Shown here: positions 9,456-19,404 of the stretch, piece by piece | How positions within the stretch are numbered: the stretch's first letter is position 1 | Layout: every line of letters begins with the position of its first letter | IMG/VR virus record: IMGVR_UViG_3300035208_002115 | DNA from: a virus | Taxonomy: Duplodnaviria; Caudoviricetes | Reading direction: 5' to 3' (one strand) | DNA: 64,000 nucleotides | Translations under genes and position numbers: made by a program | The notes under the pieces: model-generated | What the model was told of the DNA's origin: nothing | Database searches by the model: none | The model's input: only the letters and a program-made list of their open reading frames with translations

Positions 9456-10106
9456 ATGAAATACCTAAATAATTATATAGATTTTGTGTCTGAATCAGTT
9501 GAAGAATTTGTAGAATTGGCTGCTGATGTGAATATATTAGAATCAATTGTAACTGATTCAGAATCGTTATTAAAATCTATTCAAGCTAAAGAAGAAGATT
9601 TATATAGTACATTTGAGTTGAATCCAGAAAAATTCCCTCGTAATATGATAATTGAAAAATTATATAATTCACCGACATTCAATAAAAAGTTAGTTTCTAA
9701 GAAATTGAAAAAGTCAACAATGGAAGAAACTGAGGATATGGAAACTTTTTTGGAAAACATTTTAGATGTCAAATTTTTTTTGATACACGAACAAGATAAA
9801 AGTAATTTGGATAAACCAGAATTTATTGTTTTCCAATCTAAAAAAAGAGAAAGTTCAACATGGACTGAAATAAAATTATATTCAGTTCATGATGACATTA
9901 GAAATTTTTATGATAGATTAACTAATAAAACAGTGGAGTTGAAAAAGGGTGATAAGACCTATATTTATTTTACCAGTAATTCAGGTAACAACTGGCAGCT
10001 TCAGAATCTTGAAGTTGCTGATAATATATTTAAAGATTTACTGGATAATGAAGAAATAAAAATGATTTTAAGAGATAAAGATATTACTATTACAATTATA
10101 TCATAA
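9456..10106 (+). CDS. Hypothetical protein with capsid-targeting-like N-terminus
   Basis: MKYLNNYIDFVSE. Confidence 0.7.
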   Translation: MKYLNNYIDFVSESVEEFVELAADVNILESIVTDSESLLKSIQAKEEDLYSTFELNPEKFPRNMIIEKLYNSPTFNKKLVSKKLKKSTMEETEDMETFLENILDVKFFLIHEQDKSNLDKPEFIVFQSKKRESSTWTEIKLYSVHDDIRNFYDRLTNKTVELKKGDKTYIYFTSNSGNNWQLQNLEVADNIFKDLLDNEEIKMILRDKDITITIIS

Positions 10107-10123
10107 AAAATAAATAAATAAAC

Positions 10124-10336
10124 ATGAAACATTTAAAAACATTTGAATCCTATCAAGATACGAACGAAAGTACGGACTTAGAAGTTTGGTTCGCACAATT
10201 ACCATTAAAACAACAATTAGAAATAACTGGGATTAAAAATACAGGTAAAACAGAAGCACTCTGGCATGAAGCTGAATCAGAATGGTATGCAATGCCAGAA
10301 GATAAAAAGAAAGAATGGTACGATAAATTAAATTAA
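10124..10336 (+). CDS. Small protein with capsid-targeting-like N-terminus
   Basis: MKHLKTFESY. Confidence 0.7.
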   Translation: MKHLKTFESYQDTNESTDLEVWFAQLPLKQQLEITGIKNTGKTEALWHEAESEWYAMPEDKKKEWYDKLN

Positions 10337-11444
10337 TCATTTATTCCTACATAACCCTTTACAATCACATCTGGTTACAGTATCAGAATAACACCAATCA
10401 AGGCCATCTTTTTCATCGAAGACGGCCTGAATTTTTTTAATAGGTATTTGTACTCGTTGACCTTTTTTATATCGTTCGAAATCCCATTCACAACGTTCCA
10501 GTTCACCAATGAATAGGTTTTTATTAAAATCTATTGATTTAATTCTGAACCACACATTTCGTTTACCATCACTGTGAGACAATCTAACAGACACCAATTG
10601 GTCACATAGAAACTCCACCACCATGTCCACCAGTCCCCATTTTTTCTTTGGTTTTTTGTTTATCTTTTGGATATTTACTATTAAAATAATACTTGAATAT
10701 TCTTTCTATTCCAGAAACAATTATACCAACTAATACTAATATAAACACCCCATACCAAAAAAGAGTAGAACTATCTTGGCTTTTTAAAAATTCGTATAAA
10801 TTATTCATATATTTATTTTTATTAATTACCAAATTCACCAGATACAGCATTATACAGACTTTGAAATATTTCTTTTATCTCGTCAGCCGATAACCCTTTA
10901 GATAATAATGTCTCAGATGCTTCATGAAATGCATCAGCATTTGAATCATCCCACCATTGACCATCATTTGGAAGGTCACTGTTTATAAACTCTTTTAATT
11001 TTTTGTTTGTCATAATTCAATTATTTTATTACAATTCATTTATTTCACCAAGGTCATTTGGTTCTTCAGTAACTTTTCTAAATGATTCAATCCAACCACC
11101 ATTACAACATGCCATAATATGGATAGCTCCAGTACTATGACAAGAACAATTACAAGGGTAATAATCAACAATATATTCAACCCCATTTATCACCCTGCGT
11201 TCTGGGTCTGGCTTTAATATTGGATAGAAATTTTTCATTTTCTTGATTTCTTTTTATAATTATTAATATCAATCGGATGTTTATCTAAAAACAATGATTT
11301 AAATGCTCGTTTAATATTTTTAAATCCACTTTCCAGTGGTAATTTTCTGGATACCTTGGCACACTGACGTTTATCTTTCAGATTTCCCTTTCTTCCAGCG
11401 AAATGGGACACACTTACTTCATTTGTATACCTGCTCCGTGACAT
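10337..11444 (-). CDS. Run of five small hypothetical genes (10337-10630, 10602-10850, 10822-11013, 11029-11238, 11235-11444)
   Basis: Co-oriented, abutting ORFs; one has a TM helix, one is Cys/His-rich, one is basic. Confidence 0.6.
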
Positions 11445-11935
11445 TATAAATCATCAAAAATAGATTCCAAAATATTTTTCCTATATAATTTAGTAAAATC
11501 TTTTATTGGTAAACTAACGATATCTGCGTTATTAAAATAATTTTTCTTAAATCTTGAAAAATAATATTTATCATTAATTTTTAAAATAAAGAAAAAAAGT
11601 ATTGAATTTAATGCCGTATTATATATGTTGAAATATTCTCTCGTTTCAGCATCTAAAGCATTAACATCATATTTAATTTTTAAATCATCAACTTTAACAA
11701 GATGGTATTCTATTTTTTCTTCAAATTCAACAAGTGATATACCTTTTATTTCGATAATGGGTAAATCCAATAAAGAATTTAAAATATTATCATTAATACC
11801 AACAAAAGAAAATAAATCGATTTCTTGGTCTGAATATTCATACATTTTATATATGGATAAAAAAAACATTTCTTTATCAATCTTCGAATGAATATTAGTA
11901 AACACCTTTTTAATCAAAATATCCATACTATTCAT
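11444..11935 (-). CDS. Hypothetical protein with variant C-terminal tail
   Basis: Ends LYRKNILESIFDDL. Confidence 0.65.
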   Translation of the reverse strand: MNSMDILIKKVFTNIHSKIDKEMFFLSIYKMYEYSDQEIDLFSFVGINDNILNSLLDLPIIEIKGISLVEFEEKIEYHLVKVDDLKIKYDVNALDAETREYFNIYNTALNSILFFFILKINDKYYFSRFKKNYFNNADIVSLPIKDFTKLYRKNILESIFDDL

Positions 11936-12854
11936 TTGATAAATATAGATAATTATTATTTATTTTATAAGTAAGAACAGACATTTCATTCATACCAGAA
12001 AAAACAATAACATCATAATTATAATTATTTATATTTGAATAAATTTTATCAGATGATTCATATTTTTTAGCTGAATCATCTTCATATTTATTTCTACTAT
12101 CCATATAATGAACCAAGGGTTTAATACTATTTTCCCATGTAGATAATGATAGATTTAAAGCTTCTTTTTCTGATAAATGTCCTGAAAGATTATCATGATA
12201 TAATTTATTAAAAACAATAGGGGTTCTTATTCTAAGATATAACAAATTATAAAGTTCTTGAACTGTATAACCACCCGTTTTATAATCATTCGTTAAAGCC
12301 AATCGTTTACGAGCATTCTCTGATAACGTAAAGTATAATTCACAGAATCTATCACACGCAATATATTTATTATTATAAGAACCACCCACAAATGTGATTA
12401 TAGTATAGTAATCAATTGCTGGTAATCCCATATAATCAAAAAAAGATGATATTTTATCTATTTCTGATTTAGATGATAACGCAACATTAGAAACATTCGA
12501 AGATAATTTACATGATTTAGATGTTTGTATAGAAACTCTAAGTTTATTAATTTTAATAAAACTCCCCAACCCCCTAAGTTTTCTTTTAATAATAAAAGAT
12601 TTTGGTAAGTCATTTATATTAAAATCAATATTAACTGGGAAAAAATCGAATGGTAACGAATAGTTATATATACCATGATACATATTCCATTCGAACACTT
12701 TAAGCAGAACATTTATATTATTATTTATAACACTGTAAACTAAATCTAAACCGTGTTTTTCGAATTGTTTATTGGTAATTTTTTTAAATTTGAAATCCTT
12801 GCGAAATAAAGTCAGGTTTTCACCCTCATAACCAATAAAAAAGTGTTGTTCCAT
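11928..12854 (-). CDS. Hypothetical protein
   Basis: 308-aa ORF overlapping the next gene's start. Confidence 0.65.
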   Translation of the reverse strand: MEQHFFIGYEGENLTLFRKDFKFKKITNKQFEKHGLDLVYSVINNNINVLLKVFEWNMYHGIYNYSLPFDFFPVNIDFNINDLPKSFIIKRKLRGLGSFIKINKLRVSIQTSKSCKLSSNVSNVALSSKSEIDKISSFFDYMGLPAIDYYTIITFVGGSYNNKYIACDRFCELYFTLSENARKRLALTNDYKTGGYTVQELYNLLYLRIRTPIVFNKLYHDNLSGHLSEKEALNLSLSTWENSIKPLVHYMDSRNKYEDDSAKKYESSDKIYSNINNYNYDVIVFSGMNEMSVLTYKINNNYLYLSNE

Positions 12855-13157
12855 TTTGAACTATTTATTTTTGAAGAATACATCTAAATCGAAGGACACC
12901 ATTTATTCTATTATATTACCTGCTTTTTTTGAACATCTTCAATCACTCTTTTTTATCTATATCTATATCTATATTTGTGACTGAATAATGTTCGCAGAAT
13001 AATATATATTCTCCTAAATCGTAACGAATTTTTTGTCTGATTTCGCACAGCAAATATCTAATATCTTCGGTTTTACGATTTAAATGTATTCATTAATCAT
13101 ATATACAAAATTACTAAAAAGTTTTAATTAAATATATGTTCAAATATACTAAAAGTT

Positions 13158-13490
13158 TTAATAATCAAATATTTCTTTTAATTTTTTCTTTCGTTCTTCA
13201 ACTAAATAATATCGTTTCAATTTATTTTTCAAAACACCATCTTTGGTGTATTCTAATATATTTGTAGTGTTAATAAATGGTGGTATATCATGAATCTTCC
13301 TGTATTCACCTCGTATTACATCTTCCAGAACACCCAATAATGTTAAGCTCCGTCTATACACATCTAAACTTGGTGAAGGAAAATAATTTACCAAATCTTT
13401 TCTCAAAATTAATACACCAACTTCTAATTTATTGATGTATTCTACAATTTCAGAAAAATAACTATAATCACTTAATTTATTCTTTGCCAT
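13158..13490 (-). CDS. Hypothetical protein with C-terminal tail
   Basis: Ends EERKKKLKEIFDY. Confidence 0.7.
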   Translation of the reverse strand: MAKNKLSDYSYFSEIVEYINKLEVGVLILRKDLVNYFPSPSLDVYRRSLTLLGVLEDVIRGEYRKIHDIPPFINTTNILEYTKDGVLKNKLKRYYLVEERKKKLKEIFDY

Positions 13491-13948
13491 GTTTGAATAG
13501 TAAAGGGTATTTCATCAAGAATAATTTCTGAATTAATAAGCTCGAATTCTTTTTCATTTATCTCTGGGAAAAAAACATCACCATCTAATATATCTATATC
13601 GATTAAACTACGATAAATTCTTGTCACGTATGGCATGGCTTGTTTATATATCTCACCCCCACCAATTACAAAAATATCACGGGTAGCCTTTTCAAAAGCC
13701 TTTTCTAACGAATTGACTACAATAACATCACCATGTATGCTATCTGAGTTTCTTGTTATAACTATGTTTTCTCTATTTTTAAGAGGTTTTCCTAACGTAT
13801 CCCAAGTTTTTCTACCCATAAGAATACTATTTTCAGTTGTCATTCGTCTGAAAAACTTCATATCTTCTGAACAATGCCAAGGAATCGTTCCATTTTTAGC
13901 AATCACGTTATTCTTCGATGTTGCTACTATTAGTGAAATTGTTTTCAT
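13472..13948 (-). CDS. folA: Dihydrofolate reductase
   Basis: IPWH..EDMKFF, MGRKTW, PLKNRENIV, VIGGGEIY, GDVFFP. Confidence 0.96.
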   Translation of the reverse strand: MKTISLIVATSKNNVIAKNGTIPWHCSEDMKFFRRMTTENSILMGRKTWDTLGKPLKNRENIVITRNSDSIHGDVIVVNSLEKAFEKATRDIFVIGGGEIYKQAMPYVTRIYRSLIDIDILDGDVFFPEINEKEFELINSEIILDEIPFTIQTWQRIN

Positions 13949-14558
13949 GTCTATAATGATAATTATGTGTTTTTGTTTTTATTACATTGTAATTATATCG
14001 GGATAATAATTCCTCAATTGCCTTAACTTCTTCATCCAAGCTTCTAATATTTTCGAAAATTATAATTTTTGGGATTGGGTTACAACGAACGACCTGAGAT
14101 AAAATTATTCTATTATAACCCTCGGTGTTTAAATATAAAATATCATATTTATTAATAAAATATTTTTTTATAATATGTTCATATGGTACACATTCAACTG
14201 GTGTCGATACAATATTATCTTCAGATATTCTATGTCTTATTAAATTAATCTTATCTAATGATGAAATGTGTTTGGTTATTTCTTTAGTGACAGTTGAAAC
14301 TTTAAACAATTCCTGTGTACCATAATTCTTAGAAATGGCAACATTCTCAAAATATAATTTATAATAACCAGTATAGTTGTCAATAAGCTTTAAAAACATA
14401 TCCTGATTTGGTTCTATTAATACACCTTCCCAATCATGTTTTGTTATGTATGGGTATAAAATATCATTATATATACCATCACTTGCACCTATTTCAACAA
14501 AAAATACACTATGGTACAAGATATTCATCTTGCTTAATATCAATTCTATCGTCTTCAT
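13908..14558 (-). CDS. FkbM-family methyltransferase
   Basis: VEIGASDG SAM motif, LIEP, ENVAIS, LNTEG (variant of DxEG). Confidence 0.8.
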   Translation of the reverse strand: MKTIELILSKMNILYHSVFFVEIGASDGIYNDILYPYITKHDWEGVLIEPNQDMFLKLIDNYTGYYKLYFENVAISKNYGTQELFKVSTVTKEITKHISSLDKINLIRHRISEDNIVSTPVECVPYEHIIKKYFINKYDILYLNTEGYNRIILSQVVRCNPIPKIIIFENIRSLDEEVKAIEELLSRYNYNVIKTKTHNYHYRHENNFTNSSNIEE

Positions 14559-16275
14559 TTGTTTTAATATCGGAAAATTGTGTGTTTATTACTTTAATAA
14601 CTCGGTCAAAATTGTTAGTATCAACATCTAAAATACCGTGATGCATAGTTATGACATTCGTATTAAGGTCTATCGATAACTTTTTCAGTAATTTAATAAG
14701 CATTGATATGTATTCAGTGTCAATAGATACAAATATTTCGTCTAAGAACAAAATGTTAATAGATTTCATACTTCTTATCATCTTAATATAAGAAAATGCT
14801 ATTATAATATTTATAATTTTCATTTCACCATTCGATAATACTTCTGGATTGATTTTAGTGATGCCAAACTCATAAACAGTGGCGTTGAAATCGTCATTCA
14901 ATACTGCCCTGTATTTAAAATCAATTTCATTTAAAAATTCATCAATATATTGATTTATAGGTTTGACCAAACTTCTAATAATACTTTTCCTTATTCCAGT
15001 ATCATCGAATAGATTTATTAATTTTTCATAATCATCTTTTTTCTTATTGGACTTGTCCAATTCAGTAGTTAAAATAATATTTTTATTTTTTAGTTCTGTG
15101 ATTTTATTCTGTAAACTGTCGGCTGTGATATTATTAGTATCAGATTTTTCTGCTGACAGATATTCTTTTTTTATATTTTCAAGTTCCAACTTTAATTTAT
15201 TATTCAATTCCGCATAATTATTACGTTTTCTGATAACAACATTATAAGAAACCTCAGTTTCTCTACCTTCACGGTTAACCTTATTTATTTCTTCGTTGAG
15301 GTATTCAACTCTTTTATTGTTTGATTCTTTAGTTTTATAATAAACAGTTAATTGTTCTATGTGTGAATGGTCTTTTAACTTAGTATTACATAAAGGACAA
15401 TTTCCAGATTCAAATACTTTTATTTTTTCATCAAGAAGTGAATTATCATTTGTTAAGGCCGATATTTCTTCTTTTAATATTTTTATTTTATTTTTTAGTT
15501 CTTGTAATTTTTCACTTATCGTGGAATATTCGATATCAATTTTTCTAACTTCTTCTTTTATATGTTTACGTTTTTCCGATTTTTCCTGACCATCTTTAAT
15601 CAATGCAACCATTTTTTCCTGTTTAGAAGTGGACACTTGTGCATAAATTATTTCAATAGTGGATGAATATTCTTCTATTAGATTATTATTGTTTAATATT
15701 TCATCTGTTAGAGCTTCAATTTTTTTCAATAAATTTTTAAGTAAATCCTTTGTAATAGATAAATATGAATCTAATTTTTCAAGATTGAATATTTTATTCA
15801 ATAGATTTTTCTTATCAACTGATTGTAATTGAATAAAATTTAAGAAATCATTTATACTCATCGATATAAATGATTTAAACGTATCGTAGTTGAACCCTAT
15901 AAGTTTATCTCTATCATCATCAGTTAGGGTCTTAAATCGTTCTGTATATGGCTTGTCGTTTAATTTAACATCAAATGCATTGGGGTTGACATTTCGTTGG
16001 ATATTTATTTTCTGTTCGTTGTTGTTAATAAAATCAACAATAACTTCAAGATTCTTATTTCTTCTGTTTGGTAAATCGATAAGAGGAATTGACTTTTTAT
16101 TTTTCCCTCTTACTTTGGAATAAATAGCCAAATCTATCGATTCTAAAATAGACGACTTACCAGCACCAGTTCTACCTTGTAATAGAATTAGTTCTGGCTT
16201 CTCAGAAAACTTAACAACCTGTTGTTTATTTCCGTAAGACTTAAAATTTTTGAATCTTATTTCTTTTATAATCAT
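14509..16275 (-). CDS. SbcC/Rad50/T4 gp46-like recombination ATPase
   Basis: NFKSY, GRTGAGKS, coiled coil with CPLC zinc hook, LSNGE signature, FLDE. Confidence 0.93.
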   Translation of the reverse strand: MIIKEIRFKNFKSYGNKQQVVKFSEKPELILLQGRTGAGKSSILESIDLAIYSKVRGKNKKSIPLIDLPNRRNKNLEVIVDFINNNEQKINIQRNVNPNAFDVKLNDKPYTERFKTLTDDDRDKLIGFNYDTFKSFISMSINDFLNFIQLQSVDKKNLLNKIFNLEKLDSYLSITKDLLKNLLKKIEALTDEILNNNNLIEEYSSTIEIIYAQVSTSKQEKMVALIKDGQEKSEKRKHIKEEVRKIDIEYSTISEKLQELKNKIKILKEEISALTNDNSLLDEKIKVFESGNCPLCNTKLKDHSHIEQLTVYYKTKESNNKRVEYLNEEINKVNREGRETEVSYNVVIRKRNNYAELNNKLKLELENIKKEYLSAEKSDTNNITADSLQNKITELKNKNIILTTELDKSNKKKDDYEKLINLFDDTGIRKSIIRSLVKPINQYIDEFLNEIDFKYRAVLNDDFNATVYEFGITKINPEVLSNGEMKIINIIIAFSYIKMIRSMKSINILFLDEIFVSIDTEYISMLIKLLKKLSIDLNTNVITMHHGILDVDTNNFDRVIKVINTQFSDIKTNEDDRIDIKQDEYLVP

Positions 16276-16281
16276 TGTATG

Positions 16282-16308
16282 TTATAGTCTAATATGAGAA
16301 AAATGTTT
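16282..16308 (-). promoter_or_regulatory. Putative middle promoter AAAC-N18-TATAA
   Basis: Immediately upstream of the gp46-like gene. Confidence 0.6.
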
Positions 16309-16310
16309 AT

Positions 16311-16337
16311 AAAAAAGGGGCTTCCTGAGAAGCCCCC
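16311..16337 (-). terminator. Intrinsic terminator
   Basis: Minus strand GGGGCTTC-TCAG-GAAGCCCC-TTTTTT. Confidence 0.85.
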
Positions 16338-16385
16338 GTTCGAAATGGAAATGTATAACATGCGTGGGGAAATGTCATACTTAAC
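16311..16385 (-). ncRNA. Candidate ~70-nt small RNA (or 23-aa peptide ORF 16307-16378)
   Basis: TTAATATATA at 16386-16395, then a GC-richer stretch with 2x ACATTTCC, then a strong terminator. Confidence 0.4.
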
Positions 16386-16411
16386 TATATATTAATTTTT
16401 TCAAAAAATAA

Positions 16412-17383
16412 TTACATTATTCGACCATTGGAAATTAATTTCCCCTTTTCATTAGTATATTTATATCTAATATCGTCCTCGGTTTTTAAAATAACAAATG
16501 AGTTACCTTTCCATATCTTTTTTTGGTCTGGTTTATTTAAGTATTTTTCAGCATCGGTGGAGTTTTTAATTTCTTCACCCGTTACTGTAATAGTAATAGT
16601 TTTCTCACCTGTCCAACCAGATTTTGTCTTTTCTATTTTATTTTTTTCATTCAAAAAATTTCCAAATTTAGTTTCCATCTTTATTATTTTTTTTTTAATT
16701 TCTTAATTTAAATCCAAGTTGTTCTCTTTCCTTGGGTGAAAGTACAATTTCATTCTGGTCTAATTCTACATATTGACCATCATTTCCTTCCCACACATCA
16801 AAAACAGTGTCTAAAGACTTCACACCATCATCACCCATAAAAGTGACTTTATCACCAACTTTATATTTGTATTCACTTTCTGAGTTGGTTTCATTGATAA
16901 AATTAATAAAATTCAATAATTGTTTCATATTTATTTCTTTTATTTTGTTATTTCAGTTTCTTTAAAATAATCGTCAGGACTATTTTCATTTACTTTCCAT
17001 TCATCGTGAGACATCAATTTAGTAGTGAAAAAATCTAATTCTTCTATTTTAATAATTTTGAACTTCTGTGGATGTAAATAATAAATATTTAATAGTCTGT
17101 CAAATGCGAATTGCAATCTCTTATAAGTTCTTGGGGATATCATACCACTTGGATATGGTAGTACTACTATATTATTAATTTCATCAATATTATCGAAAAA
17201 ATTTGTATGCTGTTCCTGTATATTATATACAACTGGATTATCAAAATAAATATTAATGAGTTCTATTGATTGTTCTTCAGTCCTACTACCATATGTTAAT
17301 TTAGGATGGAAAAAATAAATATGTATTTTTTCGGTAATATCTTCTTTTAAAAAATTTATAAAATTATTAACCTTTTTCATCAT
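16412..17383 (-). CDS. Three small proteins with capsid-targeting-like N-termini (16412-16678, 16695-16928, 16940-17383)
   Basis: METKFGNFLNE, MKQLLNFINFINE, MMKKVNNFINFLKE. Confidence 0.7.
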
Positions 17384-17391
17384 GTAGTATT

Positions 17392-18243
17392 TTATTTTAA
17401 AATCGTACTGGTAGCAATTAAATCTACATAATCATAAAATTCTTCAACTTGGGATATGTTTCTTATACCACCACTTACAACAATTTTAATATGTTCTGGA
17501 AGAATTTCTCTCATATATTTCACTTTAGTTAAATCAGCACCTTTCATATTACCAGTAGATGTCATTACGCATTCTGCACCACCTACATCACATAATTCAC
17601 AAGCCTTTTTTAACTCATCTGTTGTTAATTCACCAGCCTCAACAATAACTCTTAAAACTACACCGTTTTTAGTACAAATTTCAGCGACATCTTTTATCTT
17701 AATTTCAATCTTATCATACATACTTTGAATAGTTTCCTGTTCATCTTTTATTTCTTCTTTTGTCAATTCGTTTTTCTTGATATTTGAACTTAAAATATTT
17801 TCCAGAACTTTTGCTTCTTTTAAAACTTTATAATCTATCACAAAATTAACTATATCAGCACCTTCGGATATAGTATCCAAAGCCTCTTTTATATTTTTTT
17901 CTGAATTATTTTCACCAGTTGGATAATTAACCACCGTTGATATTTTAACATCATCTTCTTCAAGAAAAGCATAAGCTTCTGGTACATAGTATGGTAGAAT
18001 ACAAATAGAATAATAACCTTTATCTTGGGCTATCTGACATAATTCTTTTATCTTATCCAAATTGATATCTTCTTTAAGATAAGTATATTCTATCATATCA
18101 TTATATTTATTCAATTTTTCTTCTTCTTTTTCGGAAACTTTTTTTGCAGGTGTTTCTACTTCTGGTTCTTCTGATTGAGTTTGACCAGTTACACCGCTTG
18201 TCTGAATGTTTTCTACTAAAAATTGTAAATAATTCTTAATCAT
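17392..18243 (-). CDS. DeoC (deoxyribose-phosphate aldolase)-like protein, probably inactive
   Basis: TVVNYPTG, GADIVNFVID, LRVIVE, MTSTG, SGGIR; catalytic lysines absent. Confidence 0.85.
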   Translation of the reverse strand: MIKNYLQFLVENIQTSGVTGQTQSEEPEVETPAKKVSEKEEEKLNKYNDMIEYTYLKEDINLDKIKELCQIAQDKGYYSICILPYYVPEAYAFLEEDDVKISTVVNYPTGENNSEKNIKEALDTISEGADIVNFVIDYKVLKEAKVLENILSSNIKKNELTKEEIKDEQETIQSMYDKIEIKIKDVAEICTKNGVVLRVIVEAGELTTDELKKACELCDVGGAECVMTSTGNMKGADLTKVKYMREILPEHIKIVVSGGIRNISQVEEFYDYVDLIATSTILK

Positions 18244-18336
18244 AATAAAAAATTATGTTTTTCTCTATATATAAAATATAGACTATGAAAAAAATATTTT
18301 TATATATAACAATAAATTATTAATAGATATATTTTT

Positions 18337-19377
18337 ATGAAATATTTATTCGAATTTAAAGAATATTTAAATAAGAATTTCTGGGTGTGGTTTGAGAATT
18401 CAAAAGTAGTTGATAAAAAAGGTAACCCCCTAATTGTTTATCATGGAAGTTCTGTAAATAAACTTTTTAATAAATTTAATGAAAATAGTCCCATATGGTT
18501 TTCTACATATAAAGGATACGCAGATGCATTCACTGACTATAAAGGTAAACTGTTTAGCGTATATTTAAAATTAGAAAATCCAATATATGTTGGTTTTATA
18601 GATGGTATTGCAAATGACAATAGTATAAAGCACTTATCTGAATTAACAAATATAGATTTCGACACCTTAAAAGAAATATTAAAAAAATCAAATGGTGTTA
18701 ATTTATTTAAAATTACAAACAGTTTAGAATTTAAAGAGCTGGTACAAGAAATGGGTTATGATGGCATTGAAGCAAAAGAAGGTGGTGGTCTAACCTCATT
18801 TGCTGTTTTTTCTTCAAAGCAAATAAAATCTGCAACAAATAACAATGGTAATTTTGATTTAAAAAGTCAGAACATTAATGAAAACACCAATAAAAAATTA
18901 CAAAATATAAATCAGAATATGAAACATTTAAAAATATTTGAAGGATTTAATTATGATAAATCACGGTATGTTGAAATTCTTAACAAAATAAATAGTGCTA
19001 AAGTCGGTGATATTTTACCAGAAGATATAGTGTATCAATATGTTGAATATTTAGTTGTTTCTGGGTCTTTGACACAAGATTATGGAAGCTCTTTTGTAGA
19101 TGGTGATTTAGGTGAAAGAATAGAAAAATATCCAAGTTATAAATTAATGGAATTACCGATTGGTGAGATAGATTTAGATGAATTTGAATTAGATGAAGAA
19201 ATTGCTGATGAATATGCTGAAAAATTTGAAAAGACAAAATACTATCCACCTCTTGTAGTTGGAGCAAAAAACCCAAAATTTGGAACATACAGAATAATAG
19301 ATGGTAACCATAGAGGAAATGGTTTAAAAATAGCTGGTGAAGAATTTGTACTTGCATTTGTTGGAATTAAAAATTAA
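18337..19377 (+). CDS. Fusion of ART-PolyVal-like domain and ParB/Srx-like domain
   Basis: WFENSKVVD.KGNPLIVYHGS, GYDGI, QIKSA..NNGNFD; C-terminal PPLVV...IIDGNHR; internal MKHLKIFEGF at 18919. Confidence 0.7.
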   Translation: MKYLFEFKEYLNKNFWVWFENSKVVDKKGNPLIVYHGSSVNKLFNKFNENSPIWFSTYKGYADAFTDYKGKLFSVYLKLENPIYVGFIDGIANDNSIKHLSELTNIDFDTLKEILKKSNGVNLFKITNSLEFKELVQEMGYDGIEAKEGGGLTSFAVFSSKQIKSATNNNGNFDLKSQNINENTNKKLQNINQNMKHLKIFEGFNYDKSRYVEILNKINSAKVGDILPEDIVYQYVEYLVVSGSLTQDYGSSFVDGDLGERIEKYPSYKLMELPIGEIDLDEFELDEEIADEYAEKFEKTKYYPPLVVGAKNPKFGTYRIIDGNHRGNGLKIAGEEFVLAFVGIKN

Positions 19378-19404
19378 TATATAAATAAAAAACAATTTCT
19401 GATA

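Noticed and set aside
12954-12972. (TATCTA)n microsatellite as a phase-variation tract
   Set aside because: Only about three units, in-frame length, and it simply encodes IDIDID on the minus strand.
1943-16349. Identical 11-mer TTCGAAATGGA at 1943 and 16339, suggesting RNA-RNA pairing
   Set aside because: Many 11-nt matches are expected by chance in 64 kb of AT-rich DNA; no further support.
17392-18243. Calling this a functional deoC auxiliary metabolic gene
   Set aside because: Catalytic lysines are substituted; reported as a pseudo-enzyme instead.
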